DNA of 64,000 bases. Origin: an uncultured Chthoniobacterales bacterium (GTDB lineage: Bacteria; Verrucomicrobiota; Verrucomicrobiia; Chthoniobacterales; JAATET01). The translations under genes were made by a program, and so were the position numbers. A model generated the notes under the pieces. The model searched no databases and was not told where the DNA came from. It saw nothing but the letters and a program-made list of their open reading frames with translations. The stretch's first letter is position 1, and every line of letters starts with the position of its first letter. Shown piece after piece: positions 9,141 to 19,107 of this stretch. The stretch lies in NCBI GenBank assembly GCA_964247025.1, contig CAXTSM010000019.1:5049-69048 (forward strand), given 5' to 3'.

Positions 9141-10139
9141 ATGAAGCGAATCCCCTCCGGCCTCCTGTTCGCCGCCCTTTTCCTCCTCGCGCCGACCGCG
9201 CCCCGCCTGTTCGCGGAAGAAAGCGCCAGCCAGCTGGCGGATCAGAATCTCGGGTCGGATTCCGATTCGCCGGACCAGAGCGCCGAGGATCTCGCCAAAC
9301 GAAACGGAGTCGCCGTCAAGCCCGGTCAGGACGCGGAGGAGAGCGCGGCCGATCTCGCGAGCAAGATGGGCGAGGACGCCGCGCCCGCCGCCGACGAGAG
9401 CGCGGAGGATCTTGCCAAGCAGAACGGCGTGGCGGTCGAGGCCGGCGTCGACGGCGACGAGAGCGCGGCCAAGCTCGCGGAGAAAAATGGCCTCGAGAAG
9501 AAATCGAAGAAGGTTTCGGACCCGGCGGCGTCGGTCTTCGCGGGCGGCGAGGGCGTCAACGGCTCGGTTTACGCGGTCGTCGCGCTGGCCGACGGGAGCT
9601 CGGTGATCGGCGGCCGGTTTACCACGGTGAACGGCCAGCCGCGCTCCAATCTCGCGCGGGTGAAGGCCGACGGGTCGCTCGACGCCGGCATGCTGGGCGC
9701 CCCGACCGATGGCGTGGAGGGCGCGGTCTACGCGCTGGCGATCGACGCGAACGGCAACCTGCTCGTGGGGGGATTTTTTACGGCGGCGCAGGGCCAGCAG
9801 GTGCAGAATTTCGCGCGTTACCTTGCGAGCGGCAAACTGGATCCCGCCTTCAACGGCGGCCAGACGCCGAACGGGCCGGTCTATTCCATCGCGGTGCAGC
9901 CGAACGGAAAGATCATCATCGGCGGCACGTTCTCGATGGTCGGCACTTCGCCCCGCCGGAACCTGGCCCGCTTCAAGACCGACAGCACGCTCGACGGCGG
10001 CCTTGCCGCGAACATCGACGGCGGCACGGGCGCGGTGCGCAGCCTGGCCACGCTGGCCAACGGCAGCGTGACGGCGGGCGGCACGTTCTCCGTGCCCGGG
10101 CAATCGTCGCGGAACATCCTGAGCGTCGGCGCGGAATAG
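9141..10139 (+). CDS. Secreted delta-60-repeat domain protein with an acidic N-terminal repeat region
   Basis: Signal peptide MKRIPSGLLFAALFLLAP. Three or more beta-propeller-like repeats (GGRFTTVNG..NLARVKADGSLD; GGFFTAAQG..NFARYLASGKLDPAFNGG; GGTFSMVG..NLARFKTDSTLD). Confidence 0.7.
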   Translation: MKRIPSGLLFAALFLLAPTAPRLFAEESASQLADQNLGSDSDSPDQSAEDLAKRNGVAVKPGQDAEESAADLASKMGEDAAPAADESAEDLAKQNGVAVEAGVDGDESAAKLAEKNGLEKKSKKVSDPAASVFAGGEGVNGSVYAVVALADGSSVIGGRFTTVNGQPRSNLARVKADGSLDAGMLGAPTDGVEGAVYALAIDANGNLLVGGFFTAAQGQQVQNFARYLASGKLDPAFNGGQTPNGPVYSIAVQPNGKIIIGGTFSMVGTSPRRNLARFKTDSTLDGGLAANIDGGTGAVRSLATLANGSVTAGGTFSVPGQSSRNILSVGAE

Positions 10140-10943
10140 CTACGAGCTGGCGCTGCCGTAGCGGCGCAGCGCGGCGAGCCAGAGGAGGCGGGTGGCGACC
10201 AGCAGACCGGCGGTGACGACGAGGAGCTGGCCGATGGCCGGGCCGGGATTTTCCGTGAAGCGCGCCAGCACGCGCGCGGGCACGTTCGCGACGAGGATGA
10301 TGGGCAGCACCCACGAGAAGACGAATTTGAACGCGCCCCGGTAGATCACGTCGGGGTAGCGGCCGATGTTCAGGAGGTTGTAGTAGCCGTGGATGAGGCC
10401 GTCGGCGCGGACGATCCAGAAGCTCAAGGACGCGAGCCCGAGCATCACGCCGTAGTGCACGGCCACGCCGCAGCCGACGCACACGAGGTAGAGCGCGACC
10501 TGCGCGAAGGTGATCGTGACGCCGAGCTTCCAGATGGCGGTGAAGACGAAGGCGGCGCCGACGAGCACGTTGACGAGGTTGTCGAGGCCGAACTGCTTCG
10601 CGGAGGCGGCGAATTGGGCGTCCACGGGCAGCATGAGCAGGAAGTCCATTTTGCCGGTGCGCACGAGTTCCGGGATGTTGGAGACGTTCATGTAGAAGAA
10701 CGCCTGGAAGATCTGCGCGACGATCTGGTGCGTGCCGATGAGGAGGACCATTTCCCATTTCGTCCAGCCGCCGATGTTCGAGGTGTAGCCGAAGATGACC
10801 TCGATGAAGACGATCTGGCCGAAGAACCAGAGCAGCTCGACGGCCATCCAGAGCAGGAAGTTGGCCTTGAAGCTCATTTCGCGGATGACCGAGTTCCGCA
10901 GCATGATCGAGTAGATCTCCGCGTAGCGGCGCAGCGCGGTCAT
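10140..10943 (-). CDS. ABC-2 family transporter permease (6 TM)
   Basis: Internal ATG of ORF 10140..12056 (MTALRRYAEIYSIMLRN...). ATGA overlap with the upstream glycosyltransferase stop. Confidence 0.7.
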   Translation of the reverse strand: MTALRRYAEIYSIMLRNSVIREMSFKANFLLWMAVELLWFFGQIVFIEVIFGYTSNIGGWTKWEMVLLIGTHQIVAQIFQAFFYMNVSNIPELVRTGKMDFLLMLPVDAQFAASAKQFGLDNLVNVLVGAAFVFTAIWKLGVTITFAQVALYLVCVGCGVAVHYGVMLGLASLSFWIVRADGLIHGYYNLLNIGRYPDVIYRGAFKFVFSWVLPIILVANVPARVLARFTENPGPAIGQLLVVTAGLLVATRLLWLAALRRYGSASS

Positions 10944-12040
10944 GGCGCCGAAAAGTCGAGAACGAAACGCGCGATGCGGTCGGCGGCGTCGCGTTTGCTC
11001 ACGCGGGCGAGATTCCTCTTCCACCCGCGCCAAATTGCGGCGTCGTCGGCGAATGCCTGGGTCACGGCGGCGGCGAGGCGCTCCGGCCGGCCCAGGGCGG
11101 GCGTGCCAACCCCGAGCCGCTCGAGCAGGGCGACGTTGCCCTCCTCCTGCCCCGGAACGAGGTGGCTGACGAAAAAGGGGCATTGGGCGGCCATGGCCTC
11201 CTGCACGATGGCGCCGCCGGCCTTGCCGATGAAGGCGTGGTGTTCGCAGAGGAGCCGGGGCATGGCGTCGGTCCAGCCGATGAGGCGGCATTTTTTCCCG
11301 TCGGCGAGGCCGGCCGCGGTGATGGCTTCGAGCAGGCGGGCGTGGCGGCCGGTGACGACGGTGAGCTCGACGCCGGGCAGCTCGCCGAGCGCGCGGATCT
11401 GCCGGAGGGTGAGGTCGAGCTTCGTGGAGGGCATGAAGAGCAGCTTCCAGGGCGGACCGGCGGGGGCCGCGTCGCGGTCGGCGGTGGCGAAATACTGGGC
11501 GACGGGGAAGCCGAGCGGGTGGAGGATTTTTTCCGGCACGCCGCGCGAGACGAGCAGGCGGGCGGTGTCGTCGTCGGCGACGACGAACGCGTCCGACCGG
11601 CAGCGGTGCCAGGCGGAGTTCACGCCGATGGAGTCGGTGATGATGGTGACCATCGGCATGCGCACGCCGAGGCGGGCGCGCTGGATCTGGCGGAAGAGGT
11701 AGGCGTAGAGCGGATACGAGGAGACGACGACGTCGGGCTTGAAGTCGACGAGGGCGCGGTCGAGCTCGGCGCGGAGGGCGCGGGTGGCCCACATGGTTTT
11801 TTCCATCCAGCCGGGGCGGTCGAGGCTGATGAAGATGAGGCGCCAGAGCCAGGGCGCTCGGTTGATGGCGAAGGAGTAGCCGGCCTTCACCGTGGTGTTC
11901 ACGAGCGGGGTGGCCTCCGCGTAGAGGTCGCCGACGAGGACCTCGGCCTCGCCGGTGGCGAGGAGCGCGTCGCGCAGGGCGCGGGCGGCGGTGTTGTGGC
12001 CTTCGCCGAAGCTCGCGGTGAGGACGAGCACGCGTTTCAT
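10940..12040 (-). CDS. GT28-type glycosyltransferase (monogalactosyl/diglucosyl-diacylglycerol synthase-like)
   Basis: MKRVLVLTASFGEGHNTAARAL N-terminus and the C-terminal GKAGGAIVQEAMA region are typical of MGDG-synthase / UgtP-like enzymes. Confidence 0.8.
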   Translation of the reverse strand: MKRVLVLTASFGEGHNTAARALRDALLATGEAEVLVGDLYAEATPLVNTTVKAGYSFAINRAPWLWRLIFISLDRPGWMEKTMWATRALRAELDRALVDFKPDVVVSSYPLYAYLFRQIQRARLGVRMPMVTIITDSIGVNSAWHRCRSDAFVVADDDTARLLVSRGVPEKILHPLGFPVAQYFATADRDAAPAGPPWKLLFMPSTKLDLTLRQIRALGELPGVELTVVTGRHARLLEAITAAGLADGKKCRLIGWTDAMPRLLCEHHAFIGKAGGAIVQEAMAAQCPFFVSHLVPGQEEGNVALLERLGVGTPALGRPERLAAAVTQAFADDAAIWRGWKRNLARVSKRDAADRIARFVLDFSAP

Positions 12041-12051
12041 GGGAGAAGAAA

Positions 12052-12105
12052 AGCACGGGCGTTCCGCCCGCGAGGCGTTTGGAAGACGGGCAGGATGCCC
12101 GTGCT
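12052..12105. repeat. Intercistronic hairpin (9-bp perfect stem AGCACGGGC / GCCCGTGCT, 36-nt loop)
   Basis: Read directly. Lies in the 72-nt spacer between the GT28 start and the TPR gene stop. Confidence 0.6.
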
Positions 12106-12112
12106 CCCTGGG

Positions 12113-12859
12113 TCAGAGCGCGGCGAGGGCTTGGCGGGCGCGGGCTTTGCTTTCATCGTCGTCTTTTTCGCGCGAGGGCAGGTCGAGGCTTTTTTCCAAC
12201 TCGGCGCGGGCTTCGTCCCCGCGGTCGAGGGCGGCGTAGGTGCGGCCCAGCTCGACATGATGAATGACACGCCGCGGCTGAAGGGCAATCGCCTTTTCGA
12301 AGCATTCCGCGGCGCGCGCGTTCGAGGCGCCGGGCAGCTTCCCGTCGATCGCCTGGGCGACGAAACGAAGGGCGGGGTGGAGGTTGGCGAGTTCGTAGTT
12401 CCAGCGGCCGAGCACGTGCCAGGCGTCGTCCTGGGAGGGATCGAGGCGGATGGCGGCGTCGGCCTCGGCCTTGATGAGGCGGGAGTATTCCAGGCGGGTG
12501 CGCGGGGGCTCGAGGAAGGCGGCCTTGCCGTAGCAGATGGCAAGGCTGAGGCGGGCGCCGGCGTCGTCCGGATCGGCGGCTTTGGCGAGCTGGGCGTAGT
12601 CGAGCGCGTGGCGGGCGAGTTCCTTGTTCGCGGGGGTGGTGGATTCGCGGGCGACCTGCTGGGAGTATTGCCTGGCGATGAGCTTGAGGATCGCGACGTC
12701 GTGGGGTTGGAGCTCGTTCGCGCGGAGGTAGAGCGGAAGGGCGGCGGCGTGCTGGTCCCGGGCGTCGAGGGCGTCGGCCCGCCGGAGGAGGTCGGCGGCG
12801 GATTCGGCGTGCGCGTCGAGGAGGAGCAGGGCGAGGGGCAGGACGCGCAGGAGCTTCAT
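12113..12859 (-). CDS. Secreted TPR-repeat protein
   Basis: Internal ATG of ORF 12113..13900. Signal peptide [18 protein letters not shown], followed by helical repeat sequence. Confidence 0.7.
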   Translation of the reverse strand: MKLLRVLPLALLLLDAHAESAADLLRRADALDARDQHAAALPLYLRANELQPHDVAILKLIARQYSQQVARESTTPANKELARHALDYAQLAKAADPDDAGARLSLAICYGKAAFLEPPRTRLEYSRLIKAEADAAIRLDPSQDDAWHVLGRWNYELANLHPALRFVAQAIDGKLPGASNARAAECFEKAIALQPRRVIHHVELGRTYAALDRGDEARAELEKSLDLPSREKDDDESKARARQALAAL

Positions 12860-13887
12860 TTGCGGAAGCGGTAGTGGGAGACGATCCATTCCTGGCCGCC
12901 GCGGTAGCCCCAGAGCTCGGCGCAGGACAGGTAGAACACGCGCCAGTAGGCGCGCCATTTCGCGGCGTCCTTCTCGCCGTAGGTCGCGGCGAGGATGGGG
13001 CGGATGGCGGCTTCGTTGGCGTCCATCGTGGCGAGCCACGCCTCGGCGGTGCGCTGGTAGTGCGTGCCGCTGACGCGCCAGTGGTCGTCGATCGTGAGGT
13101 CGTCCTGGAAGTAGAGCAGGAGGTCGTCGGAGGGCATGGTGCCGCCTTCGAAGAAGTAGCGGGTGATCCAGTCGTCGGGATCGGTGCCCTCGAAGTGGTA
13201 GGCGTAGTCGCGGTGGGTGAAGATGTGGACGAAGAGCTTGCCGCCGGGGCGCAGCCAGGTGGCGATGCGGGCGAGCAGGAGCTGGTAATTTTTCATGTGC
13301 TCGAACATTTCGACGCTGACGGCGCGGTCGAATTGCGCGGGGTCGAGCGCGAGGTCGTTCATGTCGCGGGTGAGCACGCGGACGTTCGCGAGGCCGCGGG
13401 CGGCGCATTGGGCCTCGATGTGGGCGCGCTGGGTGGCGGAGTTCGAGACGGCGGTGATGCGGGCGCCGGGATATTTTTCGGCCATCCAGAGCGTGAGGCT
13501 GCCCCAGCCGCAGCCGAGCTCGAGGATGTCGAGGCCGTCGGCGAGCCCGGCCCGCTGGCAGGTGAGGGCGAGCATGGCTTCCTCGGACTCGGCGAAGGTC
13601 GTGTCTTCGCGGGGCCAGTAGCCGGAGCTGTATTTGAGGCGGGGCCCGAGGCAGAGCCGGAAGAACTCGGTGGGGACCTCGTAGTGCTGCTCGTTGGCGG
13701 CGGCGGTCTTGATGGCGATGGGGCTGGCCTTCAATTCGCGAACGAAGTCGAGGAGGGCGCGCTGCTGGCTTTCGACGTCGCCGCGGTCCTCGTCGCGGAG
13801 CTTCTTCGCGAGCAGGCGGCGGATGCCGAGGCGGATGGCGGCGTCGGGCAGGAGGTTCCGGGCGAGGAGGTCGTCGAGTTTGATCAT
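12856..13887 (-). CDS. SAM-dependent methyltransferase, cyclopropane-fatty-acyl-phospholipid-synthase family (paralogue 1)
   Basis: SAM motif [12 protein letters not shown] and the CFA-synthase-like [10 protein letters not shown] and [11 protein letters not shown] 13887 is preferred over GTG 13908. Confidence 0.85.
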   Translation of the reverse strand: MIKLDDLLARNLLPDAAIRLGIRRLLAKKLRDEDRGDVESQQRALLDFVRELKASPIAIKTAAANEQHYEVPTEFFRLCLGPRLKYSSGYWPREDTTFAESEEAMLALTCQRAGLADGLDILELGCGWGSLTLWMAEKYPGARITAVSNSATQRAHIEAQCAARGLANVRVLTRDMNDLALDPAQFDRAVSVEMFEHMKNYQLLLARIATWLRPGGKLFVHIFTHRDYAYHFEGTDPDDWITRYFFEGGTMPSDDLLLYFQDDLTIDDHWRVSGTHYQRTAEAWLATMDANEAAIRPILAATYGEKDAAKWRAYWRVFYLSCAELWGYRGGQEWIVSHYRFRK

Positions 13888-13894
13888 GATTTTC

Positions 13895-13964
13895 AACCAC
13901 GGAGACACGGAGACACGGAGGTCGGAAATATGAAAATCCTCCGGGCCCCGGTGTCTCCGTGGTT
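13895..13964. repeat. Octamer-built hairpin (arms AACCACGGAGACAC / GTGTCTCCGTGGTT, 14 bp perfect; left arm contains CACGGAGA x2.5)
   Basis: Read directly. Fills the spacer between the DUF1295 gene stop and the methyltransferase start. Confidence 0.85.
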
Positions 13965-14755
13965 CATTTGGCGGGGAACCACGGGACGAAGACGCTCGTG
14001 GTGCGCTGGTATTCGCGGTATTCGTCGCCGCGGGACTTGAGGGCCTGGGCCTCGGTGGCGGGAATGCCGGTGACCTTCGTCAGGAAAAACAGCATGAGCG
14101 CGGGGCAGTAGATGGTGATCCAGCCGTCGGGCGTGCCGGTGGCGAAGACGAAATAGGCGACCCAGAGCAGCCATTGGAAAAAGTAATTCGGGTGGCGGGA
14201 CGTGCGCCAGAGGCCGACGCGGCAGGTCTGGCCGCGGTTGCCGGGCCGGGAGCGGAACGCGTCGAGCTGATGGTCGGCGAGGGCTTCGCCGAGCATGGCG
14301 ACGAGCCAGAGGGCGACGCCGGCGATTTCCCAGGCGGAGAGGCCGGCGGCGGGATTCGAGGCGACGATCGCGACCGGCGCGCTCAGGAGGACGATGAGCA
14401 GGGCCTGGAGCTGGAAGAAGGCGAAGAACATGAGCCAGGTGTGGCGGGGGTATTGCTCGCGCAGCGCGGCGTAGCGGCCGTCTTCTTCGGGGTGGTGCCT
14501 CGCGACCCGACGCCAGAGGAAGACGCCGAGGCGGCCCTGGGCGATCGCGGCCATCGCGCAGAGGAGCGCCTTTCGCGTCGGGTCGCCTTCGCCGAGCAGA
14601 TAATAGACGCCGGCGAGCAGGGCGGAGCCGACACCCCAGGCGACGTCCACGATCCCGGCGTTATCGAGGCGCCGGGCGAGCAGCCAGACGAGGATCATGA
14701 GACCGATGGCGGCGGCCGCGCCGGCGGAGAGGAGATTCCAGAAGGCTTCGTTCAT
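13964..14755 (-). CDS. DUF1295 / steroid-5-alpha-reductase-like membrane protein
   Basis: Internal ATG ([12 protein letters not shown]...). Multi-TM with the C-terminal motif [16 protein letters not shown]. Confidence 0.8.
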   Translation of the reverse strand: MNEAFWNLLSAGAAAAIGLMILVWLLARRLDNAGIVDVAWGVGSALLAGVYYLLGEGDPTRKALLCAMAAIAQGRLGVFLWRRVARHHPEEDGRYAALREQYPRHTWLMFFAFFQLQALLIVLLSAPVAIVASNPAAGLSAWEIAGVALWLVAMLGEALADHQLDAFRSRPGNRGQTCRVGLWRTSRHPNYFFQWLLWVAYFVFATGTPDGWITIYCPALMLFFLTKVTGIPATEAQALKSRGDEYREYQRTTSVFVPWFPAK

Positions 14756-15090
14756 CGGTCGGTGCGGTGCAGGAGGACGTCGCGCAGCGGGGCGTGGGCG
14801 GGGACGCGGAAGAGCTGGACGAGCGCGTAGGAGGCCATCGCGATGTTGCCGAGGACGAGGATGGCAACGAGCCAGAGGAGGCGCGCGGGCCAGGAGCGTT
14901 CCTTGTAGGCGACCCAGACGAAGAACGTGAGGAAGCCGAAATAGGCGTCGAAGAGCGTGGCGATGAACCACGGGTCGCCGGCGACGACGGGCGGGAGGGC
15001 GAGGAGGGATTCGCGCAGGCTCGCCCAGGTCGAGACGGACAGCATCGTCGCGACGACGAGGAGGAAGAAGATTCTAAGCGGCCAGATCAT
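14752..15090 (-). CDS. Small integral membrane protein (112 aa, family not recognised)
   Basis: ORF 14752..15090 with 3-4 hydrophobic segments. ATGA overlap with the downstream gene. Confidence 0.6.
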   Translation of the reverse strand: MIWPLRIFFLLVVATMLSVSTWASLRESLLALPPVVAGDPWFIATLFDAYFGFLTFFVWVAYKERSWPARLLWLVAILVLGNIAMASYALVQLFRVPAHAPLRDVLLHRTDR

Positions 15091-16315
15091 GGACGTCGGT
15101 GCGAAGGCCGAGGTTGTTCGGCCGCGAGTAGACGGCCTGGACGACGGAGATGTGGCGGGTGACGAAGGCGGCCTCGCAGTAGCGCAGGTAGTAACGCCAT
15201 TTGCGGAGGAACCACTCGTCGAAGCCGAGCGCGCGGACTTCTTCGCGCCGGGCTTCGAAGCGGTCGGCCCATTCGTGGAGCGTGCGGGCGTAGTGGGGGC
15301 CGAGATCCTCCCAGTCGAAAAGGTTCAAGGTGCCGGTGCGGTTGATCGCCTCGGTGACGCGGGCTTGCGAGACGAGCAGCGAGCCGGGGAAGATGTGTTT
15401 CTGGATGAAGTCCACGCCGTCGCGGAGGATGCGAAATTGCCGGTCGGGGCAGGTGATCATCTGCAGGGCGAAGAGGCCGTGCGGATGGAGGAGGCGCTGG
15501 CAGCAGTCGAAATATTCGTCGAGGTAGCGGTCGCCGACGGCCTCGATCATTTCCACGGAGACGATCTTGTCGAATCGACCGGTGAGAGTGCGATAGTCCT
15601 CGAGCCGGGCGTCGATGCGATGGACGAGACCGGCGGCGTCGATGCGGGCGCGGGCCTCGGCGAGCTGGGCCTCGGAGATCGTGATGGTGGTGACGCGGCA
15701 GCCGTAATTTCTCGCGGCGTGGATGGAGAGGGCGCCCCAGCCGGTGCCGATTTCCAGCAGGTGGTCGGCGGGCGTGAGCTGGAGCTTGCGGCAGAGGCGG
15801 TCGATTTTTTCGACCTGCGCGGCTTCGAGGGAGAGCGTGGGCGGGTCGAAAACGGCCGACGAATACGTCATCGAAGGATCGAGCCAGAGCCGGAAGAAAT
15901 CGTTGCTGAGGTCGTAGTGATCGCGGATGTTTTTCCGTGCTTTTGCGCGGCTGTTCGGCCGGCGCAGATGGAGCGCGCGGTTGTAGACGTTGAGCAGGTT
16001 CAGGAGCGCGGATTTGGCGCCGCCCTCGGTCTTCATCGCGCCGGAGTCCTCGGCGTTCCGAATGAAAAACGCGATGACGCGGGCGAGATCGGGCGTTTCC
16101 CATTCGCCGTCGAGGTAGGATTCCGCGAAGCCGATGGGGCCGAAGAGGACGCTGCGCCGGAAGAACGCCTCGTCGCGGATCTCGATGCGCGCGGGAAGGC
16201 GTTTGTCGAGGCCGCCGAACCATTGCGAGCGGCCGCCGGGCAGGACGAGTTCCAGCGCGCCGCGCTGGAGCGGGCGCAGGGAGGCGAGGACGAGTCGGCG
16301 GTAGAGCGAGTTCAT
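15074..16315 (-). CDS. cfa: Cyclopropane-fatty-acyl-phospholipid synthase family methyltransferase (paralogue 2)
   Basis: Internal ATG (MNSLYRRLVLASL...). HYDLSNDFF, SAM motif LLEIGTGWGAL, VSVEMIEAVG. 413 aa. Confidence 0.85.
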   Translation of the reverse strand: MNSLYRRLVLASLRPLQRGALELVLPGGRSQWFGGLDKRLPARIEIRDEAFFRRSVLFGPIGFAESYLDGEWETPDLARVIAFFIRNAEDSGAMKTEGGAKSALLNLLNVYNRALHLRRPNSRAKARKNIRDHYDLSNDFFRLWLDPSMTYSSAVFDPPTLSLEAAQVEKIDRLCRKLQLTPADHLLEIGTGWGALSIHAARNYGCRVTTITISEAQLAEARARIDAAGLVHRIDARLEDYRTLTGRFDKIVSVEMIEAVGDRYLDEYFDCCQRLLHPHGLFALQMITCPDRQFRILRDGVDFIQKHIFPGSLLVSQARVTEAINRTGTLNLFDWEDLGPHYARTLHEWADRFEARREEVRALGFDEWFLRKWRYYLRYCEAAFVTRHISVVQAVYSRPNNLGLRTDVHDLAA

Positions 16316-16401
16316 GGTTGGGCCGGCATGAGGTTTACGCCCGCGGGCCGCGGCCGGTGTCGCACAAAGTGACGGCTGGGGCGGTCGATGGCAATCGCGG
16401 G

Positions 16402-17874
16402 TCAACGGGCGCGGAGCAGGCGGGGAAGCAACGAGACGACGCCCTCGAGATACATCAGGTCGAACTTGGCGGCGGCGGCGTAGTGGCGCATCACCGCGCC
16501 GCGGGATCGCCACGGACGGGACGTGATCTCGTACTCGGGCGGAAGGGGGCCGCCGCGTCCGTGGCGGGAGGCGCACAGCGCGAAGGCGGTCTGCTCGACG
16601 AGGCCGGGATGTTCCCAGCGGTGCTGGAAGTGGCGGAGAAAGTCCTCGACGAGATCGAGGCTCAACGCGCTTTTTTCGACGAGGGCGACGCCGGAGTTCA
16701 CGTGATGCCAGAGCGGCCCGCCCAGAAAGGGCTCGAGCTCGCGGCGTTTCAGGCAATAGGCCTCGGGCGTTTCCGCGTTGAACCAGCATCCGTGATCGGG
16801 CTGGTCGACGAGGGCGAGGAGCGCGGCGGGCCGCTTGAAAAACAGCACGTCGGCGTCGAGGACGATGATCCGGTCGTGGGGCGCGAAGTGGCGGAAGTCA
16901 AAAAATTTCAAGCTGTGGGGCAGGCGGCCGCGGAGCGCCCGGCATTCGGGATGGGCGTGGAGGGCGGGGAGCATTTCGGCGTCGGCCCGGGCCCGGGTGA
17001 TGAAGCGCGCGGACGTCAGATGCGAGCGGAGGTAAGCGAATTCCGCCGCCGTCAGCGTGCCGTCGTCGTGCAGGATGAATTGCCAGCGGCGACCGGTGAA
17101 TCGCTCGAAGCTTCTCAGCGTCACCACGACTTCCCGATAGGAACGAACGCCGATGAGGACGTGGACGGATATCCCGTCGGCGGCGGGAAGACGCGGCTGC
17201 TCGGGGACGAGGCGCGGAATCTGAAGAAAAATCCGCCGGAGGACGGTCACGCAAAGCTCCCGGGATTTTTTGCGGAGCGATTGGATCGCGTGATTTTCGG
17301 CGAGCCATCGCGCGGGAAGCGCGGGCAGGATTTTCACGGCCAGGCGGAGGCGCCGCGCGGGGGAGGTGATGCCGACGGCGGGCTCGAGGAGCGCGGGCGG
17401 GGGGGATCCGATCGCCGCCGCGGAAGGGACGAAGACGCACGCCGGGTCTCCCGACGGGGATGAAAACGCGGCGCCTTCCCGGGCGGCGGAGGCGGACTCG
17501 AGGATCGCGCGGGGGCGGGCCACGCAGAGCGCGCCGGGGGACCAGAGGATGACGTGTGCCTTGCTGGAAACGGCGAAGGCGGCCCGGGTGCGGCTCGCGA
17601 GATCCGGCGAGGGCGAGTCGGAAACGAGGTTCGCGCCGGGGGCCGCGGCCCGGATGGCCTCGCGCCGGTCTTCGGGATGGCCGCCGCCATCGTGGACGTG
17701 GAGTTCGAAGACGCCGCCGGAGAAATGCTCGAAGCTGAGCGCGCCCAGGAGCGCGGGCCGCCAGTTTTTTTCGTCGGGGAAAACATGGAGCGACGCGGTG
17801 TGCGGCTTGAGCCCCCGGCGACGCGCGATCGAGCGGAGGAGGAGGTCGGTGAGCATTCGGAGAAATCCGAACAA
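16402..17874 (-). CDS. Hypothetical protein with a C-terminal GT8-like nucleotide-sugar transferase domain
   Basis: 490-aa ORF. The C-terminal half has IIVLDADVLFF (DxD) and HVNSGVALV, reminiscent of GT8. The N-terminal ~230 aa were not recognised. Confidence 0.55.
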   Translation of the reverse strand: MFGFLRMLTDLLLRSIARRRGLKPHTASLHVFPDEKNWRPALLGALSFEHFSGGVFELHVHDGGGHPEDRREAIRAAAPGANLVSDSPSPDLASRTRAAFAVSSKAHVILWSPGALCVARPRAILESASAAREGAAFSSPSGDPACVFVPSAAAIGSPPPALLEPAVGITSPARRLRLAVKILPALPARWLAENHAIQSLRKKSRELCVTVLRRIFLQIPRLVPEQPRLPAADGISVHVLIGVRSYREVVVTLRSFERFTGRRWQFILHDDGTLTAAEFAYLRSHLTSARFITRARADAEMLPALHAHPECRALRGRLPHSLKFFDFRHFAPHDRIIVLDADVLFFKRPAALLALVDQPDHGCWFNAETPEAYCLKRRELEPFLGGPLWHHVNSGVALVEKSALSLDLVEDFLRHFQHRWEHPGLVEQTAFALCASRHGRGGPLPPEYEITSRPWRSRGAVMRHYAAAAKFDLMYLEGVVSLLPRLLRAR

Positions 17875-17875
17875 A

Positions 17876-18295
<420 letters not shown>

Positions 18296-18305
18296 GGGAA
18301 CCTAA

Positions 18306-18321
18306 AATCAGGAAATCAGGA
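18306..18321. repeat. Tandem octamer AATCAGGA x2 in the 20-nt YjbQ/DUF1365 spacer
   Basis: Read directly. No complementary arm found nearby. Confidence 0.6.
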
Positions 18322-19107
18322 AAAATGCGAAGGATCCGCGTCGATCTTGCGGGGAGGGAACACGTCGCGCTGGAGGTCGGGGCGGGCTTCCTTGCGGTGG
18401 AAAGGCAGGCGCTTCAGCCAGAGACGGAAGGCCTGCCAGTGGATCGCGCCGATGATCTTGAGCGTGATGAGCGGGTATTTGAGGGTGAAGCGCGCAAGGT
18501 TCGCGGTCGTGAGCGGAACGCGGGACCCGGTGAGCGCGCTGACGAGCTCGCGGTCGTCGCCGCGATAGTCGTCGATGAGGATGCGGAGGCGCTCGCCGGG
18601 CGCGTCGAAACGGAAGTCGAAGGCGAGGTCGAGGTCGGAGAACGGGGAGACGTAGAAGTGCTTCGTGACGCGGCGGCGGAAGCCTTTTTCGTCCGCCGGG
18701 ACATGGAAGGGCTTTCGCTCGTGGAACGTGTTCTCGACTTCCACGACCGAGGTGTAGGGCTCGCCGGCCGCGTCGTAGAAAAAGAAGACGGAGATCGGAT
18801 TGAACGTGTAGCCGAGGAGGCGGGGAAGCGTGAGCACGCGGACGGCGGCCGGCTCGCGCGTCTCGCCGCCGCCGCGAAGGAACGCGAGCACGTTTTCCCG
18901 GGCGGTCGTTTCGCCGAGGGAGAAATGATCCTGGTCGCGGAAGCTGTAGAGGTTCGGCCGGTTCACGCCGAAGATCGGGATGCGGCGCGCGAGCTCGGGC
19001 AGCTCGTCGAGGTCGAGCCAGAACATGAAAATGCGGTAGGTGAACTCGTGCGTCCGCGGCCTCAGCCGCCGGTGGAACACGGAGCATTCGTAGAGGGCGG
19101 AGTTCAT
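18316..19107 (-). CDS. DUF1365 family protein
   Basis: Internal ATG (MNSALYECSVFHRRLRPRTHEFTYRIFMFWLDLDEL...), the characteristic DUF1365 N-terminus. ATGA overlap with the upstream oxidoreductase. Confidence 0.8.
   Translation of the reverse strand: MNSALYECSVFHRRLRPRTHEFTYRIFMFWLDLDELPELARRIPIFGVNRPNLYSFRDQDHFSLGETTARENVLAFLRGGGETREPAAVRVLTLPRLLGYTFNPISVFFFYDAAGEPYTSVVEVENTFHERKPFHVPADEKGFRRRVTKHFYVSPFSDLDLAFDFRFDAPGERLRILIDDYRGDDRELVSALTGSRVPLTTANLARFTLKYPLITLKIIGAIHWQAFRLWLKRLPFHRKEARPDLQRDVFPPRKIDADPSHFS

Noticed and set aside
6665-9142. 825-aa minus-strand ORF
   Set aside because: It is antisense to the EEP and MFS genes, has biased R/P/E/A composition and carries no motifs.
13931-14041. 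Small plus-strand ORF starting at the ATG in the 13.9-kb hairpin loop ([14 protein letters not shown]...)
   Set aside because: It is encoded by the repeat arm and then runs antisense to the DUF1295 gene, and its composition is Arg-rich noise. Loop ATGs at 38592 and 62903 were rejected likewise.
16694-16709. parS-like sequence GAGTTCACGTGATGCC
   Set aside because: Only about 9-10 of 16 positions match TGTTNCACGTGAAACA, and it lies inside a coding region.
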